Positions 27,525 to 36,299 of a DNA stretch of 64,000 nt are shown piece by piece. The position numbers and the translations under genes are program-made. Source of the stretch: an uncultured Bacilli bacterium (GTDB lineage: Bacteria; Bacillota_I; Bacilli_A; RF39; UBA660); NCBI GenBank assembly GCA_934090795.1, contig CAKOJQ010000006.1, forward strand, positions 7,927-71,926, read 5' to 3'. The number at the start of each line of letters is the position of its first letter. Within the stretch, counting starts at the first letter, position 1. The notes beneath the pieces are model-generated. The model was not told the DNA's origin, made no database searches, and saw only the letters and a program-made list of their open reading frames with translations.

Positions 27525-29917
27525 TGGATTTTAAAAATATTGAAAAGAAATGGCAAGATAAATGGGATGAAGCAAAATGCTTTGAAGCAAGTAATAATAG
27601 TGATAAAGAAAAATATTATTTGTTAATTGAATTTCCTTATCCATCTGGTGCTGGTTTACATGTAGGTCATGTTAGAAGTTATACGGCGTTAGATGCAATG
27701 GCTAGAGTTAAAAGAATGCAAGGATATAATGTTTTGTATCCAATTGGTTGGGATGCTTTTGGTTCTCCTGCTGAACAATATGCAATTAAGAATCATGTAT
27801 ATCCATCAAAAATGGTTGAAGATTGTATTAAAACATTTAAACATCAAATTAAATCATTAGGTATATCATTTGATTGGAGTAGAGAAATTAATACAAGTGA
27901 TCCAGAATATTACAAATGGACACAATGGCAATTCCTACAATTTTACAAAGCCGGAATGGCTTATAAAGCTGAAAAAGAAATTAATTGGTGTCCTAAATGT
28001 AAAACTGGACTATCAAATGAAGATGCAGCAGGTGGAGTATGTGAAAGATGTGGTTCTCTAACTACCAAGAAATTAAAAAATCAATGGATGCTTAAAATGA
28101 GTAGCTATGCTGATAGTTTAATAGATGGACTTAAAGATACTAATTTCGCAGAAAAAATTAAAACTGCTCAAATAAATTGGATAGGAAAAAGTATTGGAGC
28201 CGAAGTTAATTTTAAATTTAAAGAACTAGATGAAGAATTAAAGGTATTTACAACGAGATGTGATACTTTATATGGAGTAACATTTGTAGTAATGTCTCCT
28301 GAACATCAATTATTAAATAAGTATAGTGATAAAATTAAAAATATTGATGAACTAAAAGAATATCAAAGAATAAGTGCATTAAAAAATGAAATCGAAAGAA
28401 CAGATGCTTCTAAAGAAAAAACAGGTATTAAGTTAGACGGTTTAAGTGTAATTAATCCAGTTAATGGTAAGGAAATACCTATTTATGTAAGTGATTATGT
28501 TCTTGCTAATTATGGAACTGGAGCAATTATGGCGGTTCCTGCACATGATACTAGAGATTATGCTTTTGCGAAAAAATTTGATATAGATATTATACCCGTA
28601 ATTGATGGTGATGTTACAAGTGAAGCATATACTGGAGATGGTGTTCATATTAATTCAGGATTCTTAGATGGACTTGATAAAGAAACTGCTATTGATAAAA
28701 TGCTTAATTATTTAGAAGAAAAACATATTGGTAAGAAAACTACTAATTATCGTTTACAAGATTGGATATTTAGTCGTCAAAGATTTTGGGGTGAACCTAT
28801 TCCAATGATTGAGTGTCCTAATTGTGGTTGGGTACCAGTACCGGAAAATGAACTACCTTTAGTGCTTCCTGATGTTCCATCATATGAACCAACCGAAACT
28901 GGAGAAAGTCCTCTTGCTAATGTTGAGGAATGGGTTAATGTACCATGTCCTAAATGTGGAAAGATGGCTAAAAGAGAAACTGACACAATGCCTAACTGGG
29001 CTGGATCTAGTTGGTATTTCTTAAGATATATGGATGCTCATAATAAGGATGAATTTGTTTCTAAAGATGCATTAAAATATTGGGGACAAGTTGATTATTA
29101 TAATGGTGGTATGGAACATGCTACAAGACATTTGTTATATGCAAGATTTTGGAATCAATTCTTGTATAATCAAGGCTTAGTTGTTAATAAAGAGCCATTT
29201 GCTAAAAGAGTTTCTCATGGTATGATTCTTGGTGAAAATAATGAAAAAATGAGTAAAAGTAAAGGCAATGTGGTTAATCCAGATGATATGATTAATGAAT
29301 TTGGTGCAGATGCCCTTAGAACTTATGAAATGTTTATAGGTGATTATACTAAAGATGCTTCTTGGAGTTTAAATGGATTAAAAGGATGTAAAAAATTCTT
29401 AGATAGAGTTTATCGTTTATATGATAAAGTAGTACCAGGAAATAATTATAATGAAGTATTAGAAAAAAATATTCATAAAACTATTAAGAAAGTAACTAAT
29501 GATTTATTATCTATGAATTATAATACTGCTGTATCTTCATTAATGATTCTTTTAAATGAATATGAAAAGTTAGATAAAATTACTACTGCTGATTATAAAG
29601 TATTTATTACTTTACTTAATCCGATAGCACCTCATATTACAGAAGAACTTAATGAAAAGTTAGGAAATAACACTATGTTAGCTATAGGTACTTGGCCAAT
29701 ATTTGATGAAGAAAAAACTGTTGATACAAGTATTCAAGTGGGTGTTCAAGTTAATGGAAAATTACGTGGAACAATTACGGTAAGTGATGATGATACTGAA
29801 GATATAATAAAAGAAAAAGCCTTAAACGAAGATAACGTTAAGAAAAATATTATAGATAAAGAAATTGTTAAAATAATTGTAGTACCTAAGAGAATTGTAA
29901 GCATTGTCGTAAGATAG
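27524..29917 (+). CDS. leuS: Leucyl-tRNA synthetase
   Basis: PYPSGAGLHVGH (HIGH), KMSKSKGN (KMSKS), a CP1 editing domain, and Zn-type Cys pairs (CPKC...CERC; CPNC...CPKC). Confidence 0.95.
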   Translation: MDFKNIEKKWQDKWDEAKCFEASNNSDKEKYYLLIEFPYPSGAGLHVGHVRSYTALDAMARVKRMQGYNVLYPIGWDAFGSPAEQYAIKNHVYPSKMVEDCIKTFKHQIKSLGISFDWSREINTSDPEYYKWTQWQFLQFYKAGMAYKAEKEINWCPKCKTGLSNEDAAGGVCERCGSLTTKKLKNQWMLKMSSYADSLIDGLKDTNFAEKIKTAQINWIGKSIGAEVNFKFKELDEELKVFTTRCDTLYGVTFVVMSPEHQLLNKYSDKIKNIDELKEYQRISALKNEIERTDASKEKTGIKLDGLSVINPVNGKEIPIYVSDYVLANYGTGAIMAVPAHDTRDYAFAKKFDIDIIPVIDGDVTSEAYTGDGVHINSGFLDGLDKETAIDKMLNYLEEKHIGKKTTNYRLQDWIFSRQRFWGEPIPMIECPNCGWVPVPENELPLVLPDVPSYEPTETGESPLANVEEWVNVPCPKCGKMAKRETDTMPNWAGSSWYFLRYMDAHNKDEFVSKDALKYWGQVDYYNGGMEHATRHLLYARFWNQFLYNQGLVVNKEPFAKRVSHGMILGENNEKMSKSKGNVVNPDDMINEFGADALRTYEMFIGDYTKDASWSLNGLKGCKKFLDRVYRLYDKVVPGNNYNEVLEKNIHKTIKKVTNDLLSMNYNTAVSSLMILLNEYEKLDKITTADYKVFITLLNPIAPHITEELNEKLGNNTMLAIGTWPIFDEEKTVDTSIQVGVQVNGKLRGTITVSDDDTEDIIKEKALNEDNVKKNIIDKEIVKIIVVPKRIVSIVVR

Positions 29918-29933
29918 TGCTTTTTTATATAAA

Positions 29934-29986
29934 TATTAGTGTGAAACTTTTTGCTTAAATTTATACAAAAAAGTTTCACACTAATA
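29934..29986. repeat. Perfect 19-bp inverted repeat with a 15-nt loop, downstream of leuS
   Basis: TATTAGTGTGAAACTTTTT (29934-29952) pairs with AAAAAGTTTCACACTAATA (29968-29986). No T tail on either strand. Confidence 0.85.
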
Positions 29987-30021
29987 AAAAAAGTAGTATA
30001 ATGATATCAGAGGTGCTATAT

Positions 30022-30963
30022 ATGGATAACAAAATGCAAATACTAAATTTAATAAATCAAAAGGAATTGTTAGAATTTGAATTAAATAAACTTGTGTATG
30101 GAGCAGTAGAAATTAGAGAAAAAGATAATAAAAAATATATCTACACACATATTAAAGAAGATGGACTACAATCAACCAAATATATTGGAGAATACAATGA
30201 AACTCTTTATAATTTAATTTTAAATAATAACGTAAAAGCAAAAGATATAAAAAAAACAATTAGAACTATTGAGAAACAATTAAAAGAATTAAATTATGTT
30301 GATGAAGAACTATCAGTGGAAGTATCAAGAAATATTGATTTTGCAAAAAAACATTTAGCTGATACAATATATAAACAAGCAATTTTAGAAGGTGTTGCAA
30401 CAACTTTATCAGATACTGAAAGTATTATCGAAGGCGGCAAAGTAAATGATATGTCATCTGAAGATATAATGAAAGTAGTAAATCTTAAACATGCATGGGA
30501 GTTTATTCTTAATAAAAATGTAATACTTAGTAAGTCAGATTATAACGTTTTATGTACAATAAATAAATTGATTGAAGAAGGGTTTTATTATAATGCGGGA
30601 CAATTAAGAACTACGCCAGTAAAAATTGGTGGAACAAATTGGATTCCTGATATACCTATTGAATCACAAATAAAAGAAGAATTAAATAATATATTAGAAA
30701 CTAAAGAAAATGATGTTGATAAAGCTATAAATCTACTCTTATATACAGTAAAAAAACAAATGTTTCTTGATGGAAATAAAAGAGCCTCTGTAATATTTGC
30801 TAATCATTATTTGATAGGCAAAGGAAAAGGAATAATAGTAATTCCTGTTGAAAAAATTGAGCAGTATAAAACTTTACTCATTAAATATTACGAAACAAAT
30901 AATAATACCGAAATAAAAAGTTTTTTAATAAATGAATGTTACATTAATATTTATATAAAATAA
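30022..30963 (+). CDS. Fic/Doc-fold protein with a degenerate active-site motif
   Basis: ...GQLRTTPVKIGG... followed by KQMFLDGNKRASVIFANHYL. This aligns to the Fic/Doc motif H-x-F-x-[DE]-[GA]-N-[GK]-R, but the catalytic His position is Gln. SD GAGGTG before ATG 30022. Confidence 0.55.
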   Translation: MDNKMQILNLINQKELLEFELNKLVYGAVEIREKDNKKYIYTHIKEDGLQSTKYIGEYNETLYNLILNNNVKAKDIKKTIRTIEKQLKELNYVDEELSVEVSRNIDFAKKHLADTIYKQAILEGVATTLSDTESIIEGGKVNDMSSEDIMKVVNLKHAWEFILNKNVILSKSDYNVLCTINKLIEEGFYYNAGQLRTTPVKIGGTNWIPDIPIESQIKEELNNILETKENDVDKAINLLLYTVKKQMFLDGNKRASVIFANHYLIGKGKGIIVIPVEKIEQYKTLLIKYYETNNNTEIKSFLINECYINIYIK

Positions 30964-30966
30964 ACA

Positions 30967-32085
30967 CTACCTTAACTCGTAGTGTTTATATTCGTTTAAG
31001 AAGTATTCATCGGTCATTCCAGCAATATAATCGATAACAACTCTTTCATTAGAAGTATTATTTTTGTAATCGTTATTCATTGGTAAATAAAATTTAGAAT
31101 ATATCTTGGAATTTAAGTCTTTTTCTTTTAAAGATATTAATAAATTATCAAATAGGTATTCAAATTTATGTTTAATCTCGTCTAATTCTTTGTTGGTATA
31201 AATTTTATCATAAATATTTTCATAATTAAATTTTTTTAGATTAACTATTGCGTTAAATATTTTATCATCCACACATATATAATCCTTGTCTAAACTATTT
31301 TGAACAACATTAGTTATAATTGAATTAACAATTTCACGATTAGTTGTTCCTAAAACATCAGATATCTCCTTAGGAATATCTTTTTTATTAAATAAACCTA
31401 ATTTTTCAGCATCTTCAATATCTCTTCCTAAATAAGCAATAATATCAGATAATCTTACAATACAACCTTCTAAAGTCATTGGAACTAAAGATTTAACATA
31501 TTTTGGAATATTATAACAATTATTATAATCATTTAGAAAATCATCAATACTTTTCTTTTTAGGCCTATATTCCCTAAGTTCCAATTCACCATTATGACAT
31601 AAAATTCCATCTAATACCTGCACACTTAAATTTAATCCCTCACCATTATTTTCAAGAACCATTAAATTTCTAACACTTTGAACATTATGATTAAAATATT
31701 CCTCATTATGTTTTAAACTAATATCATTTAAAAATCTTTCACCAACATGTCCATAAGGAACATGTCCTAAATCATGTCCTAATGCAATAGCCTCAATTAA
31801 ATCCTCATTTAATGATAAAGCCCTTCCAATAGAACGAGCAATTTTAGCAACTAATTGAACGTGTATGCTTCTTCTTGAAACATTGTCATTTGTTGGTAAC
31901 GTAAAAACCTGAGTTTTACCAATATATCTAGTATATGAAGAAGAGTAGATAATACGATCAGTATCCCTAAAAAAATTAGGTCTAATATCAGGAATATAAT
32001 CTTTAAATCTTATTGATTCTTTATCAAAAGTTGCATACTTAGAATAATTTTCTTCATGTTTAAGCATTATATCTTTTATTTCCAT
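30967..32085 (-). CDS. dGTPase-like HD-domain dNTP triphosphohydrolase
   Basis: FFRDTDRIIYSSSYTRYIGKTQVF, RRSIHVQLVAKIA, GHDLGHVPYGHVGE, LSDIIAYLGRDIEDA and YIAGMTDEYF. Confidence 0.8.
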   Translation of the reverse strand: MEIKDIMLKHEENYSKYATFDKESIRFKDYIPDIRPNFFRDTDRIIYSSSYTRYIGKTQVFTLPTNDNVSRRSIHVQLVAKIARSIGRALSLNEDLIEAIALGHDLGHVPYGHVGERFLNDISLKHNEEYFNHNVQSVRNLMVLENNGEGLNLSVQVLDGILCHNGELELREYRPKKKSIDDFLNDYNNCYNIPKYVKSLVPMTLEGCIVRLSDIIAYLGRDIEDAEKLGLFNKKDIPKEISDVLGTTNREIVNSIITNVVQNSLDKDYICVDDKIFNAIVNLKKFNYENIYDKIYTNKELDEIKHKFEYLFDNLLISLKEKDLNSKIYSKFYLPMNNDYKNNTSNERVVIDYIAGMTDEYFLNEYKHYELR

Positions 32086-32087
32086 AG

Positions 32088-34028
32088 TTAACTCTCCTTA
32101 TTAAATAATTTGCGATAATAATCAGTATCTAATATATTTTTAGAAATCACATATTTGTTATAAACTATTTGATTTATTGTTTCAACATAGTTATCATCTA
32201 TATCATCACTATAAGCAGTAAACTTTTTAGTAGCAGCATTATATTTGCCTTTTTCAGTTATCCATGAACGATCATTAAATATTACTAATCCATCATTATC
32301 AGATAGTAAATCAGTTCCCATTAATAATCTTGAATCATATATAGTGCCAAAAAGATTTAACACAGTAGGTAAGATATCTAAACTTTCTCCCAATTTATCA
32401 ACTTCGACAGTTTTGGTAAGTTTGCTATTATATATTATTAAATTATTTTTATGAATATCAAATTTTTCATCTTCAATATCCATTACTTCTTTCATTTGAT
32501 TAGTAGTTAATCCATAAGGATAATGATCAGCCGATAGAACAATTACAGTATCATCTAAAATACCTTTTTCCTCTAACTTATTTAATAATTTCTCCAAAGC
32601 CTTATCAAGTTCAATTTGTGCAGCAATATAAGCTTTAATAGCATCACTATATGGTAAATCTTTAACAGCATCTTTATTTTTATAAGACATATTATTACCC
32701 ATAAAGTTATATTCAAGGTGTCCACTAATAGTCATATAATAAGTCATAAAATGTTCATCACTTGAGTACATATCAAATGTTGCATTAATCATTTCTAAAT
32801 CACTTTGAGGCCACTTCTTACAATTCATCCCTTTAATTTTTTCTAATCCATTACCACAAGCCATATAAGTTTGATATCCCATATTAGGATGAGATAAATG
32901 TCTATTATAGTATTTATAAGTTCCATCATGAAATGCATAAGTTTTATACCCTAAACTAGAGAAGACATTACCATAAGAATAAGGTAAATAATTTTTACTA
33001 GATTTAGAAAAAGACCAAACACTTTCTTTAGGAAGCAAACTATTTAAAGTAACATACTCTCCATCAGATGTTGATACATAATATACAGGAGTATAAAAGT
33101 TAGTGAATTTAAAACTAGAATTAACAAGTTTATATAAAGTAGGAGTTAAATCTTTATTAACAGCAATAGGACTAAAAGCTTCAGCTGTAATTGAAATTAA
33201 ATTTTTACCCTTAAATATACCAGTATATTTATTCTTATTAGTTGGAGTAATGGTACTAAAATATTCTTCTATACTTTTAATATCTTTATTTGTTTCATTA
33301 GAAGCAAGTTCATTAAAATCAATATCAGTTATATTGTATTTCTTAGAATTATCTATTATAACTTCATCACTTGGTTTTATTGTAGTAACATTATCTTCAT
33401 CAAAACCAAATAAAGATCTTTCTAAATCTAATCTTAAAGTTGTAAGTATTCCAAACTTTTGAGCAGTTTGATTTGGTACATGTTTATGAAAATATAAATT
33501 ATTAGCGCTATAAATCTCATTACCATCAATATTCAATGATAATAAAGTTAAAATAAATAATATAACTAAAACTATTCCTTTAATAACTAATTCTTTAATA
33601 TTTAAAACATTTGCCTCTCTATATTTATGTAATATAATATTTAAAGGAATAGGTATAAATAATAAAATAATACCAAATATATTTTCTTTAATAACCTTAA
33701 TTATGGCACTTAAGAAACCAAATACTTGTCCACCATGAAAGATAGAGTAGATACTTAAAGTATTTCCATAAAACTTAAAATTAGTAAAATAAGCAATAAA
33801 TAAAATACTTAAGAAAGAATTTATAAATATATTTAACCACTTATTTATATTTTTATTTTTTGTTATTGAACAAACTATATCTATAAAAAATGTATTTATT
33901 AAACTAAATAAAAGAATAAAAAATACCTCATTTATACTAAAACTTTTAAATATTAATATATGATAAATTATCTCTAAATATAAAATATTTAATAAATTCA
34001 TCATATAATTCTTAATTATTAACTTCAT
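32088..34028 (-). CDS. LTA synthase (LtaS)-family sulfatase-fold membrane protein
   Basis: Five N-terminal TM helices followed by an extracellular sulfatase-like domain (...TAEAFSP..., ...VLSADHYPYGL...). Start moved to MKLII (34028), behind AAGGTGA. Confidence 0.7.
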   Translation of the reverse strand: MKLIIKNYMMNLLNILYLEIIYHILIFKSFSINEVFFILLFSLINTFFIDIVCSITKNKNINKWLNIFINSFLSILFIAYFTNFKFYGNTLSIYSIFHGGQVFGFLSAIIKVIKENIFGIILLFIPIPLNIILHKYREANVLNIKELVIKGIVLVILFILTLLSLNIDGNEIYSANNLYFHKHVPNQTAQKFGILTTLRLDLERSLFGFDEDNVTTIKPSDEVIIDNSKKYNITDIDFNELASNETNKDIKSIEEYFSTITPTNKNKYTGIFKGKNLISITAEAFSPIAVNKDLTPTLYKLVNSSFKFTNFYTPVYYVSTSDGEYVTLNSLLPKESVWSFSKSSKNYLPYSYGNVFSSLGYKTYAFHDGTYKYYNRHLSHPNMGYQTYMACGNGLEKIKGMNCKKWPQSDLEMINATFDMYSSDEHFMTYYMTISGHLEYNFMGNNMSYKNKDAVKDLPYSDAIKAYIAAQIELDKALEKLLNKLEEKGILDDTVIVLSADHYPYGLTTNQMKEVMDIEDEKFDIHKNNLIIYNSKLTKTVEVDKLGESLDILPTVLNLFGTIYDSRLLMGTDLLSDNDGLVIFNDRSWITEKGKYNAATKKFTAYSDDIDDNYVETINQIVYNKYVISKNILDTDYYRKLFNKES

Positions 34029-34168
34029 AATTCCAATCACCTTATTTGTATTTTAACATTTTTTTCCTATTAAAGTATATGTTTATTTAGCAAAAAAATT
34101 TTGCTTACATTTTTTAAAAATTTATGTTATAAAATATAAGGCTAATTAAAAAGGAGAGGATGTTTATT

Positions 34169-36145
34169 ATGAAAAAGAATGATTTAGCTACAGAAAAAAT
34201 AAATAAATTAATAATCTCATTTGCGATTCCATGTGTAATTAGTATGATAATTAATTCTATTTATAATATTGTTGATCAAATATTTATTGGAAAGGGAGTT
34301 GGAACCTTAGGTAATGCGGCTACTAACGTTATATTTCCCTTAGTTATTTTAGCAAGTGCGATAGCAGGTTTAATTGGAAATGGTGCTGCTGCTAACTTTT
34401 CATTAAGACTTGGAGAAGGAAATAAAGATAATGCTAAGAAAAGTGTTGGAGAAGCAATAACTTTATCATTTATAATATCTCTTATTTTTACTTTAATAAG
34501 TTTTATTCTATTACCTAAATTATTATATTTCTTTGGTTGTACCGAAAATGTATATAGTTACGCTTATAATTACGGAAAAATTATTTTAATTGGTATGCCA
34601 TTTATGATTGTATATTCTGCTTTTTCTAATATAATTAGAGCAGATGGTTCACCAAAGTATTCAATGATTATGCTTATTATAGGCGCTATTATTAATATTA
34701 TCTTAGATCCTGTATTTATTTTTGGATTTAACTTAGGAGTTAAAGGAGGAGCTATTGCAACTGTTATAGGTCAAATAGTATCTTTCATAATTGCAATTAT
34801 TTATTTAAAGAAGTTTAAAACTATTAAATTAGAACATGATGATTTTAAATTATCAAAAAATATCTTTAAGATATTATCACTTGGATTATCTTCATTTATT
34901 ACTCAATTAACAATTTTAGTTTTATTCGTATTTATGAATAATATTATGACTAAATTTGGAGCAAAAAGTGTATATGGAGCAGATATTCCTTTATCAGTAT
35001 ATGGTGTTTTAAGTAAAATAAATAGTATTTATGTATCTATCATATTGGGTGTATCAATTGGAGTTCAACCAATTATTGGCTTTAATTTTGGTGCTGGAAA
35101 CATAGATAGAGTTAAAGAAGTACTTAAAAAAGTAATAATTTTAAATTTCATAATAGGTATAGTATTTAATATTATTTTATATTGTTTTCCTAAAGAAATA
35201 GTAAGTATATTTATTACAAGTAGTGATGCTAATTATGACTTATTTATGGAATTTGCTGTCTTAATGTGTAAAACATTCTTTATGGTATGTGCATTAAATG
35301 CCGTAGAAATGACTACAAGCATAGTTATTCAAAGTTTAGGTCATGTAAAGAAAGCAACTGCTGTATCATTTATTAGACAAATAATTTTATTAATACCGAT
35401 ATCTCTATTACTATGTATTACTTTTAATAAAGGAATATATGGTGTCTTAGATGCCGGTAGAATTTCTGATAGTATAACTTTTGTAATTGCTTTAATATTA
35501 TATATAAGTGAGTATAAAGGATTATCTAAACTTAAAGTTGATGTTATAAATGAAAACTCTAATAACGAAAGTAAATATGTTGGTAAGAAAATAATTATTA
35601 CTATTGGTAGAGAGTATGGTTCTGGTGGACACTATGTTGGAAAGCTACTTGCTAAAAAATTAGGCGTTAACTTCTACGATAAAAATATTATTTCATTAGT
35701 TAGTAAAGAATCTGGTTTATCTAAAAATTATATTGCCAGTAATGAAGAAAGTTTAAATAACGCTAAATATGAAAGCAACAATGATAATTTAATATTTATT
35801 GCTGAATCAAAAGTAATTAAAAAGATTGCTAAAACAGAATCTTGTGTAATTGTTGGTAGATGTGCTGATTATATTTTAGATGGTAACAAAGATGTCTTAA
35901 AAGTATTCTTATATAGTGATGAAGCAAGTAAAATAAATAGATGTGTTAAATATTATGGAATTTCTAAAAATAAAGCTTTAAATGAAATTAAGAAAATAGA
36001 TAAAGAAAGAAGTAAACATTATAATTTCTATACTAATAAAGAATGGGGTAATGTTTCTAATTATGACCTACTTATTAATGTTGATAAATATGGAGTAGAA
36101 TCTACTGCCGATCTAATTTATAACTATATCATAAACAAAAAATAA
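34169..36145 (+). CDS. MATE-family efflux transporter fused to a C-terminal cytidylate-kinase-like (PF13189-type) domain
   Basis: Residues ~1-455 form 12 TM helices with MATE-like N-terminal blocks (IPCVISMIINSIYNIVDQIFIGKGVG). From about nt 35590: IITIGREYGSGGHYVGKLLAKKLGVNFYDKNII...VIVGRCADYIL, typical of cytidylate-kinase-like family proteins. Confidence 0.7.
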   Translation: MKKNDLATEKINKLIISFAIPCVISMIINSIYNIVDQIFIGKGVGTLGNAATNVIFPLVILASAIAGLIGNGAAANFSLRLGEGNKDNAKKSVGEAITLSFIISLIFTLISFILLPKLLYFFGCTENVYSYAYNYGKIILIGMPFMIVYSAFSNIIRADGSPKYSMIMLIIGAIINIILDPVFIFGFNLGVKGGAIATVIGQIVSFIIAIIYLKKFKTIKLEHDDFKLSKNIFKILSLGLSSFITQLTILVLFVFMNNIMTKFGAKSVYGADIPLSVYGVLSKINSIYVSIILGVSIGVQPIIGFNFGAGNIDRVKEVLKKVIILNFIIGIVFNIILYCFPKEIVSIFITSSDANYDLFMEFAVLMCKTFFMVCALNAVEMTTSIVIQSLGHVKKATAVSFIRQIILLIPISLLLCITFNKGIYGVLDAGRISDSITFVIALILYISEYKGLSKLKVDVINENSNNESKYVGKKIIITIGREYGSGGHYVGKLLAKKLGVNFYDKNIISLVSKESGLSKNYIASNEESLNNAKYESNNDNLIFIAESKVIKKIAKTESCVIVGRCADYILDGNKDVLKVFLYSDEASKINRCVKYYGISKNKALNEIKKIDKERSKHYNFYTNKEWGNVSNYDLLINVDKYGVESTADLIYNYIINKK

Positions 36146-36224
36146 TAATTTATTATCAAAGGTAACTTAACGGTTATCTTTTTTAGTGCTTAAACAAAAT
36201 ATAATATAAATTCAAAAACTATGT

Positions 36225-36270
36225 AAACGAATGTTTGTATGCTTGACGGGGGGGCTTTTAGAGTTATAAT
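36225..36270 (+). promoter_or_regulatory. Promoter cassette (copy 2): AAAC-N4-GTTT box, TTGACG -35, G7 tract, TATAAT -10
   Basis: AAACGAATGTTTGTATGCTTGACGGGGGGGCTTTTAGAGTTATAAT. Box at 36225-36236, -35 at 36243-36248, G7 at 36248-36254, -10 at 36265-36270 (16-nt spacer). Confidence 0.6.
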
Positions 36271-36299
36271 TTCACTAGGATAAAGGTGAATTAAGGAAA

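Noticed and set aside
30967-32085. dGTPase-like HD hydrolase as an anti-phage dNTP-depletion defence gene
   Set aside because: It is adjacent to and co-oriented with a housekeeping LtaS-like gene, with a 2-nt gap. It has the ordinary Dgt-like motif set, and nothing suggests an accessory context. It is most simply a housekeeping dNTPase.
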